DNA of 45,600 bases from Faecousia sp. (GCA_045659965.1 JAZRCU010000160.1:1-45600), one strand, 5' to 3'. Shown: positions 19,927-29,220, counted from the first letter of the stretch. The notes: generated by a model not told the origin, from the sequence alone. Made by a program: numbers and translations.

Positions 19927-19933
19927 TTATGAT
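19901..19933 (+). promoter_or_regulatory. Putative late promoter (copy before the tail-fibre/lysis block)
   Basis: GAATAGATAA; TAGATA-18 nt-TATGAT; same spacing as the copies at 39812 and 44230. Confidence 0.6.
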
Positions 19934-19962
19934 GGGGGTATCAAAAAAGGAGGAATGTTGGT

Positions 19963-21651
19963 ATGATCGAGATTTTCGGCACCGAACTTTTTCAATGGGA
20001 TACCGGCAGATCTGTTAAGGTTACGGAGAGCGAAGCAGATCATGTCCATTTTGCCAATAAAGGCGATTCCAAAGCTGTTATCATGGAAATTGCGGATGGA
20101 ATTGCTAAAATACCGAATTATTTGCTGCAAACAGGAAAACAGCTATGTGTATATGCAGTCAAAAACGGTGTCACCGTTGATAGAAAGATTTTCTATGTCA
20201 AAACCCGTGAACGTCCGGAAAACTATGTTTATGAGGAAGATCAGCGCAATTACATCTATGAACTGATAACCGATGCGCAGACGGCTATTGAGGGTGCAAA
20301 CAATGCAGTGAATGCTGTGAATGCAGTAATTGATAATGCAAACGAGGCTGTGAATGTAGCTATTAAGGGTGCAAACACAGCAGCAGGAAGCGCAAATGAT
20401 GCCACTCAAAACGCCAATACGTCTGCTAATAATGCAAACCTTGCTGCCAAGAATGCAAACTATGCTGCAGATTATGCGAACCACACTGCAAAAAGTCTTA
20501 TGGTTGTTGGTTCGGCAAAAGGCAAAAGCATTTATCTGGACGATGCCATTGACCAGTTCCTTGTTGGTCTGCGTATCTTCGGCAAGACCACACAGGATGG
20601 TACACCTACACCTGAGTCACCGGTGGATATGGAAAGCGTGGGTGACAGCGGCAGTGTTGGCATTACTGTGAGTGGTAAGAATATAGTTGATTTGAGTGGA
20701 TTTGAATTTGACGATTCGGCATATGTTCATAACATTGTAGGTAATGCATCTGCAATAGCTCTATATGAGTTTCTAAAAGCAAACGCAGGAAAAACGGTTG
20801 TAATATCAATGACAAAAACTGGAACAGATTCAAGTCCAAGTTCGCCAGTCGGTCAAATCAGATTTTATAAAGATGGTGCTTTGATATGTATTCTTACTCC
20901 CGGAGTTGTAAGGAAACTTGAGGAGTTACCAGATACTTTCGGAGAATGCTATATTTATGGTTCTTCGACAGGCGCAAGTGTCAAAGACATTCAAATTGAG
21001 TTTGGTGAAACTCCTACCGCCTACGAACCCTTCACCGGTTCTACACTAACCGTATTCACTCCCAGCGGATTGCCTGGTATCCCTGTTACCTCTGGCGGTA
21101 ATTACACCGATGCAAACGGCCAGCAGTGGATCTGTGATGAGGTTGACTTTGCTAAAGGTGTTTATGTAAAGAGGGTTATTAACAAAGTATTTGATGGAAG
21201 CAGTGACGAGACTTGGGGTACATATGCATATTCCACCTATGAGGGCTATTCTATTAATGCGGCTGATATGGCGATTGGTACTCGCCATATGGGGTATTGT
21301 GACAAAATACCAGTAACTGCCGACACAGAAAGAGTTCTTGGTATATGGCTTGGTGTTTCCAACAATTATATATATGTGCATAATGCAATGGACCTTGCTT
21401 TCAATGTTTCCAATTGGCGTAGTTGGCTTTCTGAGAATCCTATTACCATTCAGTATCCTCTTGCAACCTCCATCGAAACGCCTCTGTCCGAAGCAGAGAT
21501 TGCCGCCTATGCTGCCCTGCGCACATACCGAGGAAATACCACAGTTTCCAATGATGCCGGTGCATGGATGGATATCGAGTATGTGATGGATGCTAAGAAG
21601 TACATCGACAGCCAAATTTCCGCTGGAATTCTTGCGGCAACAGTAGAGTGA
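19963..21651 (+). CDS. Tail fibre / baseplate-upper-like protein
   Basis: N-terminal LFQWDTGR..AKIPNYLLQTG..ERPENYVYEE (BppU-like), A/N-rich coiled coil, then GKTTQDGTPTP..ICDEVDFAKGVYVKR fibre scaffold. Confidence 0.7.
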   Translation: MIEIFGTELFQWDTGRSVKVTESEADHVHFANKGDSKAVIMEIADGIAKIPNYLLQTGKQLCVYAVKNGVTVDRKIFYVKTRERPENYVYEEDQRNYIYELITDAQTAIEGANNAVNAVNAVIDNANEAVNVAIKGANTAAGSANDATQNANTSANNANLAAKNANYAADYANHTAKSLMVVGSAKGKSIYLDDAIDQFLVGLRIFGKTTQDGTPTPESPVDMESVGDSGSVGITVSGKNIVDLSGFEFDDSAYVHNIVGNASAIALYEFLKANAGKTVVISMTKTGTDSSPSSPVGQIRFYKDGALICILTPGVVRKLEELPDTFGECYIYGSSTGASVKDIQIEFGETPTAYEPFTGSTLTVFTPSGLPGIPVTSGGNYTDANGQQWICDEVDFAKGVYVKRVINKVFDGSSDETWGTYAYSTYEGYSINAADMAIGTRHMGYCDKIPVTADTERVLGIWLGVSNNYIYVHNAMDLAFNVSNWRSWLSENPITIQYPLATSIETPLSEAEIAAYAALRTYRGNTTVSNDAGAWMDIEYVMDAKKYIDSQISAGILAATVE

Positions 21652-21661
21652 GGTGGTAACT

Positions 21662-22552
21662 ATGAATATTAGAGTAGATGTGAATTACCCCATCAAAAAC
21701 GGCACAGAGCTGGTTTTCCGGTCCCCTGTAGATTGCTCCCAGGTTACCGGACTCAAAGTGTATTACATAGATGGCGTAAACCATGCCTCCAAGGAATTTG
21801 TCTTTGCGGATGCACACGGAAATAATGTGGGCGATATTCCACACCTGTTTGCGGAAAATGCAGTTGTAAAGGTTATTCTGGATGTATCTACAGGAATGGC
21901 CTTTGTCCAGAATGCAGATACCAATGCTTATTTAGAGGAAAGATTTTCACAGATCCAACAGGACATTGCCGATTTGAAGTATGTCCCTATCGACATTACC
22001 GGCATCAGCAACAACGTAGGTACTAAGGAAAAGGGTAGTTCTGTTAGTTCCGTAACAATTAGCTGGGTAGTCAACAAAGAACCCAAGAGCCAGACTTTGG
22101 ATGGTGTAACATTGGATGTGTCCGCACGTTCCAAGACGATTCCCGGTCAATTCAGCACAACCCAAAAGTTTGTGGTGGAAGTTATAGACGAGAAAGGCAA
22201 GAAGGATGCTGAAAGTACAACCATCAGCTTCCTAAATGGTGTGTACTACGGTGCGCTTGATGCAAATGCCACTATCGACAGCGATGCTATTAACAGCATG
22301 GGCAGAAGACTTCAAAGCGGTATTGCTGGCACATTTAAGATGACCGCTGCCGAGGGACAGAAACTTACCTTTGCCGCTCCCGTCAGCTATGGCGAACCCA
22401 CAAAGTTTACAAGTGGTGGTTTGGACTACACATGGGATAAGGTGAAGAACAATTTCAATCATAAGAACCAATCCGAGCATACAGAACCTTACAATGTCTG
22501 GCAGAACAGCGAAATCACTGTCGGTACATTCTCTGTCACGGTTGTAAAGTAA
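21662..22552 (+). CDS. Tail-fibre-associated structural protein
   Basis: GAGGTG RBS before ATG 21662; ~296 aa beta-rich; in the tail block. Confidence 0.6.
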   Translation: MNIRVDVNYPIKNGTELVFRSPVDCSQVTGLKVYYIDGVNHASKEFVFADAHGNNVGDIPHLFAENAVVKVILDVSTGMAFVQNADTNAYLEERFSQIQQDIADLKYVPIDITGISNNVGTKEKGSSVSSVTISWVVNKEPKSQTLDGVTLDVSARSKTIPGQFSTTQKFVVEVIDEKGKKDAESTTISFLNGVYYGALDANATIDSDAINSMGRRLQSGIAGTFKMTAAEGQKLTFAAPVSYGEPTKFTSGGLDYTWDKVKNNFNHKNQSEHTEPYNVWQNSEITVGTFSVTVVK

Positions 22553-22567
22553 GAAGGGGGCGAAATT

Positions 22568-22948
22568 ATGGCATTAAATATTATGCAGAAAATCAAGCCT
22601 GTTGGAAACTTCCCGGCTGTGGATGCAGAAGATGTGCTGATGCCCGATGGTAAAAGGCTGAATGAATTTAGCGTTGAAGTTGACGAGAACTTCGATTCTG
22701 AATCCAAAAATCCAGTGATGAACAAGACGATCACTGCTGCAATGACGCAAGCACTTGAAGTAATGGGTGGTATCCAGCAGAACATTACAACCTTGCAGAA
22801 CAACGCACTGCCTACGGTGACAACTGAGGATAACGATAAGATCCTGCAAGTGGTGAACGGCAAGTTTGAAAAGGTTTCTCTTGCTGATTCTGCGGTCAAG
22901 ACTTACATTGACGAATATATCAATTCTGCATTGGAGGGTGAATACTGA
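22568..22948 (+). CDS. Hypothetical tail-associated protein
   Basis: 126 aa; contains DSESKNPVMNKTIT and LPTVTTEDNDKILQVVNGKF, short motifs common in fibre proteins. Confidence 0.6.
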   Translation: MALNIMQKIKPVGNFPAVDAEDVLMPDGKRLNEFSVEVDENFDSESKNPVMNKTITAAMTQALEVMGGIQQNITTLQNNALPTVTTEDNDKILQVVNGKFEKVSLADSAVKTYIDEYINSALEGEY

Positions 22949-23997
22949 TGGCGAATCCTTTAGGTGAACTGTTTGGAAACATTGCTGCAAGTATTCGCAA
23001 AGGCTTGGGCGATGTGGGAAAGATGAAACCTTCTTCTTTTCCAAGCAGAGTTGAAGAAATCGTTTCTTTGATGGGTGATGTAGAAGATGACGGCAATGAA
23101 ATCAACAAAGCCCTTGACAAGATAAATGGTGAAATTATCGGTGAACGGCTTTTTCACATTACATTTATGTGCAATGGCGTAGAACTTATCAAAGTTCCTG
23201 TTTATGAGCGTTACGATTGTGAAGACCCTGTTGTTAGTGGCATGATCGAAACGCCTACAATCCCCGGCACGAAATACATATTCTATGAATACATCGGCTG
23301 GAACGCAGATGAAAGCAGCAGTTCTGCGGATGACGGTGCATTGCTTGATGTAAGAAGCGACCGCACAGTTTACGCTGTCTTTAAGGAAGAGAAGGTCACT
23401 GTTGCTAAAGGTACTATTGTGCATCCGGAATATGGAAATAAAACATACTGGTCGATTGATCCAGATTATGTTATTACAATCGATGCTAATTATGAAACGT
23501 ACAATATCGCGCATTATGCACCATACCTTACCGGTGGTGAATGTCCGCCATGGTGGGGATATCGTGAATTGATTACTGCTGCTGTACTTAATTGTAACTA
23601 CCTTGGACATGGTTGGTTCTACAACTGTACCAATCTTTGTAGTGTAACATTTAGTGAAAATTTATTGGCTACTGCAATGAGAGTATTTGAAAACTGCAAA
23701 TCATTAACAAGCATCACGTTACCGTCTAAGTTAAGGCTTATATCTGATAATAGCTTCCACAATTGTTCCATTACCAACATTACAATTCCAGATGTTATGA
23801 AGCGTATAAGGTATGGAGCGTTCTATGGGAACCCATTAGAGAGCGCAAACTTTGAAAGGAAAACAGGCTGGACATATGCTGAAAAATTTAGCTCAATTTA
23901 CAAGGAAATTGAGCCAGAACAACTGCAAGACAACACCTTTGCAGCAAAAATGCTTGCTGAACATGAGTATGATTTCGAAAACAGTGAAACAGTGTAA
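22948..23997 (+). CDS. BspA-type leucine-rich-repeat adhesin / receptor-binding protein 1
   Basis: InlB-B-like domain followed by LRR_5 repeats (FYNCTNLCSVTF, FENCKSLTSITLP, FHNCSITNITIP). Confidence 0.7.
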   Translation: MANPLGELFGNIAASIRKGLGDVGKMKPSSFPSRVEEIVSLMGDVEDDGNEINKALDKINGEIIGERLFHITFMCNGVELIKVPVYERYDCEDPVVSGMIETPTIPGTKYIFYEYIGWNADESSSSADDGALLDVRSDRTVYAVFKEEKVTVAKGTIVHPEYGNKTYWSIDPDYVITIDANYETYNIAHYAPYLTGGECPPWWGYRELITAAVLNCNYLGHGWFYNCTNLCSVTFSENLLATAMRVFENCKSLTSITLPSKLRLISDNSFHNCSITNITIPDVMKRIRYGAFYGNPLESANFERKTGWTYAEKFSSIYKEIEPEQLQDNTFAAKMLAEHEYDFENSETV

Positions 23998-24017
23998 TCG
24001 GGAAGGAGTGAAGGAAG

Positions 24018-25802
24018 ATGGAAATTAAAACAAATACAAAACTGGAATACCTTGCCGAAACCAAAGGATTGATCCGTGAAGCGATTGAAGCAAAGGGACA
24101 GACCGTTGCAGATACGGACACATTCCGCAGTTATGCAGCTAAGATCAATTCGATTGAAGTCAGTGCTGCCCCGGTTCTTGAATCGCTGGAAGCCACAGAG
24201 AACGGCAATTATACACCTTCTGCCGGAACGGATGGTTTTAGTTCCGTTTCCGTTCAAGTTCCCGATATCCCGGCTGTTGTACAGCCTTTGGAAGTAACGG
24301 AAAACGGCACATACACTGCCCCGGATGGTGTGGATGGGTATAGTCCTGTGACGGTGAATGTTGACCCAACTTGGAAGAACATTCTCCAAAAGGCAGAAGT
24401 CAACGGCTTTGCATTGGATTCTAATTTTGGAGCATTTTCCCCTGGCTATGTTTATCCTGCTACATTTACACTGGAAGCTGGCAAGACATATCGTGTGCAT
24501 TGGGATGGTGAAGATCGGGAGTGCGTTGCGTTCGAACTTCCTATTTATCAAGACTTGCAAATCGTGGCTATCGGTAATGCTTCCAGTTTGGGTGCTGGTC
24601 TGCCCGGAAACAACGAACAGTTTTTGATTACTCATAACAAGACCGGTAACAACACGCAGTTGTTTTCAACGGATAATAAGGAATCCCATACAGTGGGTAT
24701 TTGGGAAAGGGTTGCACAGGAAATCAATTTGCAGGATAAGACGATCACAGAAAACGGCACCTATACCGCAGATAGCGGATACGATGGCTTGGGTAGTGTC
24801 ACGGTTGAGGTGGCTGGGTCTGGTACTTCTCCCGATCTGCGCTATGTCACATTTATGTCCTATGATGGTACTGAGGAACACGGCAAAAAAGCTGTGGCTG
24901 TTGGTGATGATTGCGCTGATCCTATTGAAAGAGGGATATTTGAGAAACCAAAACAGCCAGCAAATACTCCTCAGTATGATTACGGTGCGTTTTTGGGTTG
25001 GTCTGACACGTTAGGTGGCAATGTAGATATAAATGCGCTGAAATCTATAACGGAAGATAAAATTGTGTATGCAGTGTTTGAACAAACTGCAATATTGGCT
25101 TCTGGCACTTGCGGTGGTTCCGTATATTGGAAACTTCGTGAAGATTACACATTTGATATCTATGGTGAAGGTCCAATGTCAAATTACCCAAGCGAATCTG
25201 CACAACCTTGGTATAGCTATGCAAGCGTTATTAAATCAGCAACAATCGAAATTGGGGTTACAAATATTGGTAGTTATGCGTTCCAGGGGTGTACCAATAT
25301 GCAAAGCGTAGTTATATCAGAAAGTGTTACAAATATTGGTAGTTATGCGTTCCAGGGGTGTACCAATCTGAAAAATGTAACCATACCCAGCAGTGTACGT
25401 AGTATTAGTAATTATGTATTCCGGGAGTGTACCAACCTACTGAGCGCAGAATTAGGGGAAGGTGTTACATCCACTGGTTTCGCTATGTTCTATAAATGTA
25501 GTAAACTACAGAATGTTGTCATCCCTGACAGTGTTAGCAACATAAACGATTGGACATTTGGAGCTTGTTCCAGTTTGAAAAACATCGTCATTCCAGATGG
25601 TGTCACAAGAATTGGTCAAAATTCGTTCTACAATACTGGCTTGACATCCGCAACATTCGAGGTTACAAACGGATGGAATTATTTTGAATCAGACACAGCA
25701 ACAAGTGGTACAACGATATCTTCTACCAGCTTGGCAAACAAATCCACGGCAGCGACATATCTGAAATCAACGTATAACACATATTGGTGGAAGCGAACCT
25801 AA
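24018..25802 (+). CDS. BspA-type leucine-rich-repeat adhesin / receptor-binding protein 2
   Basis: TENGTYTA..G.DG repeats, InlB-B-like domain, LRR_5 repeats (VTNIGSYAFQGCTNL). Confidence 0.8.
   Translation: MEIKTNTKLEYLAETKGLIREAIEAKGQTVADTDTFRSYAAKINSIEVSAAPVLESLEATENGNYTPSAGTDGFSSVSVQVPDIPAVVQPLEVTENGTYTAPDGVDGYSPVTVNVDPTWKNILQKAEVNGFALDSNFGAFSPGYVYPATFTLEAGKTYRVHWDGEDRECVAFELPIYQDLQIVAIGNASSLGAGLPGNNEQFLITHNKTGNNTQLFSTDNKESHTVGIWERVAQEINLQDKTITENGTYTADSGYDGLGSVTVEVAGSGTSPDLRYVTFMSYDGTEEHGKKAVAVGDDCADPIERGIFEKPKQPANTPQYDYGAFLGWSDTLGGNVDINALKSITEDKIVYAVFEQTAILASGTCGGSVYWKLREDYTFDIYGEGPMSNYPSESAQPWYSYASVIKSATIEIGVTNIGSYAFQGCTNMQSVVISESVTNIGSYAFQGCTNLKNVTIPSSVRSISNYVFRECTNLLSAELGEGVTSTGFAMFYKCSKLQNVVIPDSVSNINDWTFGACSSLKNIVIPDGVTRIGQNSFYNTGLTSATFEVTNGWNYFESDTATSGTTISSTSLANKSTAATYLKSTYNTYWWKRT
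25257..25367 (+). repeat. Exact 42-bp direct repeat, 69-bp period (recent LRR unit duplication)
   Basis: gttacaaatattggtagttatgcgttccaggggtgtaccaat at 25257-25298 and 25326-25367. Confidence 0.9.
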
Positions 25803-25813
25803 CAGTAAAACAA

Positions 25814-25837
25814 AGCACCATCCTACGGGGTGGTGCT
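25814..25837 (+). other. Stable hairpin with UACG tetraloop upstream of the lysin
   Basis: agcaccatcc-tacg-gggtggtgct; no U tract. Confidence 0.55.
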
Positions 25838-25858
25838 ACACAAAAGGAGTGAGAATCT

Positions 25859-26671
25859 ATGGCGAAGAAAATTTATATTAACCCTGGACATTCGAACAAA
25901 GATTCCGGTGCGGTAGGTTACGCAAAAGAGCGTGACCTAAACGTATCTGTTTCTAAGTACATGAATGAATACCTTCTGGAACACTATGATTGTGAAACTC
26001 GCATCTATTCCAATGACAGTTTAGCCGCTGTATGCAAGGATGCAAACAACTGGGGTGCTGACCTGTTCGTATCCAATCATTTCAACGCTGGCGGTGGTGA
26101 TGGCTTTGAGACATTCGTGTACTCTGAAAAACGTGTTGATCTGGGCAAGATTTTTGCCAAGCACGTTAAGGCAGTTGGCCAGAATCTGCGGCTTTATGGT
26201 GCTGCTCCCGGTGTAAAGATCCGTCCCAGCTTATATGTGCTGAAGAACACGAATATGACTGCCATTCTGAATGAGGGTGCTTTCGTGGACAACCGCGAAG
26301 ATATCCAGGACTGGGACGAGGAACATGAGCTGAAAAAGCTGGGTATTGCCTATGCTAAGGCCGTAGCAGAATACCTGAAGCTGGAAGAAAAGGCGACTGT
26401 GCCGGAGTGCGATGCTGAAAAGGCTGCTACTACCGAACCTACAAAGTACATACTCAGCATGAGAGTGATGAGCAGAGGATGTGCCGGTGAGGATGTTCGC
26501 GCTTTGCAGATCCTGTTGAAGGGTCGTGGTTACAACGGTGATATGCATACCCCGGACGGCAAATTTGGTCCAAACACCGAGGGGGCAGTCAAACTGTACC
26601 AGAAAGCAAAGAATCTTACCGTGAATGGTATCGCTGACGAAAAGACCATGCGCAGCCTGATTGAGGTATGA
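25859..26671 (+). CDS. Endolysin: N-acetylmuramoyl-L-alanine amidase (Amidase_3) + peptidoglycan-binding domain
   Basis: INPGH, ERDLN, FVSNHFNAGGGDGFE, AILNEGAFVDN; C-terminal DVRALQILL..DGKFGPNTEGAVKLYQ. Confidence 0.9.
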   Translation: MAKKIYINPGHSNKDSGAVGYAKERDLNVSVSKYMNEYLLEHYDCETRIYSNDSLAAVCKDANNWGADLFVSNHFNAGGGDGFETFVYSEKRVDLGKIFAKHVKAVGQNLRLYGAAPGVKIRPSLYVLKNTNMTAILNEGAFVDNREDIQDWDEEHELKKLGIAYAKAVAEYLKLEEKATVPECDAEKAATTEPTKYILSMRVMSRGCAGEDVRALQILLKGRGYNGDMHTPDGKFGPNTEGAVKLYQKAKNLTVNGIADEKTMRSLIEV

Positions 26672-26673
26672 CC

Positions 26674-26937
26674 ATGAGTGAAGCTATTATCGTTGCCCTG
26701 ATTACAGGTGGGCTTTCGTTAGCAGGTGTGGTGGTTACCTGCCTGGTCACTGCCCGGAAGAACGAGACCGCTATGAAGGTTTCACAGGCCGTGACCGATA
26801 CCAAAATTACAGAGCTGACCCGGGAAGTCAGAACACATAATAACTTCGCCCAGCGTATGCCTGTGGTGGAGGAGCAGATCAAAGTTATCAATCACCGGAT
26901 CGAGGATCTGGAACAATATCACAAACATACTACATAA
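26674..26937 (+). CDS. Holin-like membrane protein
   Basis: N-terminal TM helix (IIVALITGGLSLAGVVVT) plus coiled coil; follows the lysin. Confidence 0.65.
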   Translation: MSEAIIVALITGGLSLAGVVVTCLVTARKNETAMKVSQAVTDTKITELTREVRTHNNFAQRMPVVEEQIKVINHRIEDLEQYHKHTT

Positions 26938-26950
26938 GGAGGACAAGACT

Positions 26951-27136
26951 ATGGAAATCTTGAAAAACCTTGCGGCCTTGGTTAAGGTCAAGACCATTGT
27001 TACCCTGGTGGTTATTGCTATCTTTGCGGTTTTGAGTCTCAGAGGTAACATTACCCCGGATAATGTGATGATCGTGGTATCCACGGTAATCGCATTCTAC
27101 TTTGGCACCCAAGCGGAGAAAAAGGCTGACAAATAG
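26951..27136 (+). CDS. Holin (2 TM)
   Basis: AAGGAGG RBS; 61 aa; two hydrophobic helices ending VIAFYFGTQ with a basic tail. Confidence 0.75.
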   Translation: MEILKNLAALVKVKTIVTLVVIAIFAVLSLRGNITPDNVMIVVSTVIAFYFGTQAEKKADK

Positions 27137-27169
27137 AAAAAAGGGGCATCCAAAAGGATGCTCCTTTTT
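27137..27169. terminator. Bidirectional intrinsic terminator
   Basis: aaaaaaggggcatcc-aaaa-ggatgctccttttt. Confidence 0.8.
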
Positions 27170-27176
27170 AATATGT

Positions 27177-27391
27177 TGGGGGTCATTCTGGTGGTCATAG
27201 GAGAAAATTACTCAAAATTTTAGAAAAGAAATCAAAAAGAAAAGTTCCGCAAACCCTGTAAAATCAAGGCTTTACGGAACTTTCTGGTGGAGATAAGCGG
27301 GATCGAACCGCTGACCTCTTGAATGCCATACAACGAAAAGTTGTTGGTATTACTCACTTTTTTGGGTGTATGGTGGTCATTTGGTGGTCAT
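27177..27391. repeat. Integrase arm-type binding sites, TGGTGGTCAT x4
   Basis: Paired direct repeats at 27177 (TGGGGGTCAT), 27189, 27371 and 27382 flanking the att core. Confidence 0.75.
27285..27329 (-). mobile_element. attP: attP core = 3' half of tRNA-Ala(GGC) including CCA
   Basis: Reverse complement ATGGCATTCAAGAGGTCAGCGGTTCGATCCCGCTTATCTCCACCA (anticodon GGC, T-loop GTTCGA, CCA); no 5' half; adjacent to the integrase; imperfect hairpin at 27241-27283. Confidence 0.9.
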
Positions 27392-27438
27392 AGGAAATTA
27401 ATAATTTTTGAGTGACTTAGTTTTTTGCCACTCAAAAA

Positions 27439-28551
27439 CTATAGATTATCGGTGATTTTCTTTAGCGATTCAAGGTCGGTATGGGTATAATGTGCTGTCA
27501 TTTCAAACTTAGCATGGCCGATCAGCTTCTGCTTATCGGTGGCAGGTGCATTCACGTTTTTCATAAGGGTAGCAAACGTGTGGCGGCAGCAGTGTGGTGT
27601 GTAGATGTGGTCTCCTTCATTGTCCAATGCATCCAGATCCAGTGCCTGCAGAGCCGGATAATAGATATCGCTTCTGAATTTCTTTGCGGACAGGTCTGTA
27701 AACAGGTGCTTCTTCTGGCCGAAGTCAGCAAAGAAAGGTCTGATCTTTGGGGATATGGTGATAACACGGTTCTTGCCGGCATCTGTTTTTACACCGGTGA
27801 CAAAGAATCCTTCTGCGGGGTCATAGTTTTCTGTCATGGCGCCCAGCATTTCACTAAGGCGCATACCGGTGTAGCAGAGAACAAGAACATATTTGATATT
27901 CGGTACCCGGTCTACATTCGCCCACATGGTATCCAGCTGCGCTTTGGAGAAAGCAATCTTTTCAGCCTGTTCTTCCTTGTGAATGTATATATACTCCGCA
28001 TAGTTACGGTCCACAATATCCAGCTGCATTGCATAGCGCCATAGGGAGGTTCCCAGGGCCTTCATATTCTCCTTGGTTCGTTTGCCATGGGGACACCCGT
28101 CAATGCATTTCTGCATGTGTTCTGTGCGGATTTTGGCTATCTCCACATAATACAGAGGGGAGAAGTATTTATAGGCTGATTTATAGCAGTTAATGGTAGA
28201 CTGAGTAACCTTTTCTGTATGCCCGTCCAGCCACTTTTTATACAGGTCCTTAAACTTCACATTCATATCCTGCTGCGGAAGATCCTGCTTCAGCTGAGGG
28301 ATATAGGCTATGGCTTCCTTCTTGGTGGGGAAGCCTCTTTTTTTGCGTTTTCGGCGGGTGAGCTTTCCGTTTTCGTCCGTATCCCAGCCAATTGTATACT
28401 CAGCAATCCACTTGCCGTTGGTATCTTTATAAACGGTTCCATCGCCGTGGCCGCGTGTCTTAGCTGACCGCTCCCGGATCTGCTTAGCACCGCAGAGATT
28501 GCAAAACTTTGATTCATCGGGTATTTCTTGTTTGCATTTTTTACAGAGCAT
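27439..28551 (-). CDS. int: Tyrosine integrase with N-terminal zinc ribbon
   Basis: CKKC..FCNLCG; catalytic R (TGMRLSE), K (VKT), HCCRH, GH and Y (HYTH). Confidence 0.95.
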   Translation of the reverse strand: MLCKKCKQEIPDESKFCNLCGAKQIRERSAKTRGHGDGTVYKDTNGKWIAEYTIGWDTDENGKLTRRKRKKRGFPTKKEAIAYIPQLKQDLPQQDMNVKFKDLYKKWLDGHTEKVTQSTINCYKSAYKYFSPLYYVEIAKIRTEHMQKCIDGCPHGKRTKENMKALGTSLWRYAMQLDIVDRNYAEYIYIHKEEQAEKIAFSKAQLDTMWANVDRVPNIKYVLVLCYTGMRLSEMLGAMTENYDPAEGFFVTGVKTDAGKNRVITISPKIRPFFADFGQKKHLFTDLSAKKFRSDIYYPALQALDLDALDNEGDHIYTPHCCRHTFATLMKNVNAPATDKQKLIGHAKFEMTAHYTHTDLESLKKITDNL

Positions 28552-28574
28552 GGCTCAGCTCCCTTCTATCTGAA

Positions 28575-29132
28575 TTAAAGTTGATTACTGCGCTTTTCTG
28601 TGATAAGTGAGTGCATCCACTCGATTTGCTTATCCTTGATGGCAACCTGATCCATAAGGAACGAAATCTTCTTTTGATCTTCCTCACGTACATGTTCCAT
28701 CTCTCGTTTGAATTCTTCGGATATTGTATCTAAGGTGTTCTGCAAGTGCTGGCATTGGGCAACGATGACAGGGTTATCTACACGGATCTCCTTCTCGGTC
28801 TCAGCAACCAAGGCACAAGGAGATTGACCCCAAGAACCATTCAGCAATGCTCTTGTGACTGCCTGCATAGTGGAGATACGCAGGTCTTTCACATCACCGG
28901 ATATAATTCGGTCAATGGAAATCTTGGACACACCGGCCTTATCTGCAATGGTTTGATTCTTCCACTTCAAATGATCCCGGCGAAGGTGGCACCATTCACA
29001 CCACCGCTCTACGGACATGGCTAAAAAATTAGGACCGTCACAGGTCTGACCGATCTTGGGACAGCTTATGCAAATGTTATAGGGCTTCTCTTCCAGTGTT
29101 TCAGGTGAAAAAGGCATAGTGAAACCTCTCAT
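28575..29132 (-). CDS. XRE-type HTH regulator with Cys-rich N-terminus and C-terminal coiled coil
   Basis: CISC..C..WCEWC; HTH KNQTIADKAGVSKISIDRIISG; GAGG RBS. Confidence 0.7.
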   Translation of the reverse strand: MRGFTMPFSPETLEEKPYNICISCPKIGQTCDGPNFLAMSVERWCEWCHLRRDHLKWKNQTIADKAGVSKISIDRIISGDVKDLRISTMQAVTRALLNGSWGQSPCALVAETEKEIRVDNPVIVAQCQHLQNTLDTISEEFKREMEHVREEDQKKISFLMDQVAIKDKQIEWMHSLITEKRSNQL

Positions 29133-29140
29133 TTCCTCTT

Positions 29141-29220
29141 ATGTGATAATTGCATTATCAGATATGATAACAAATGAAATAGATGTGATAACAAAAATAT
29201 CTGATGTGCAGATTGATAAC
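29141..29220. promoter_or_regulatory. Operator-like array: ATRTGATAA at 21-bp period plus a TGATAAT-N3-ATTATCA palindrome
   Basis: Copies at 29141, 29162, 29183, a degenerate copy at 29204, an extra TGATAA at 29214; palindrome 29144-29160. Confidence 0.6.

Noticed and set aside
22948-25802. Invertible tail-fibre shufflon
   Set aside because: Both adhesin genes are on the same strand, I saw no flanking inverted repeats, and there is no serine invertase
27285-27329. tRNA gene
   Set aside because: Only the anticodon loop to CCA is present, with no D-arm or 5' acceptor strand; it is the att core
29144-29160. Canonical Fur box
   Set aside because: Half-sites match but spacing is 7-3-7 rather than 7-1-7; kept only as an operator candidate
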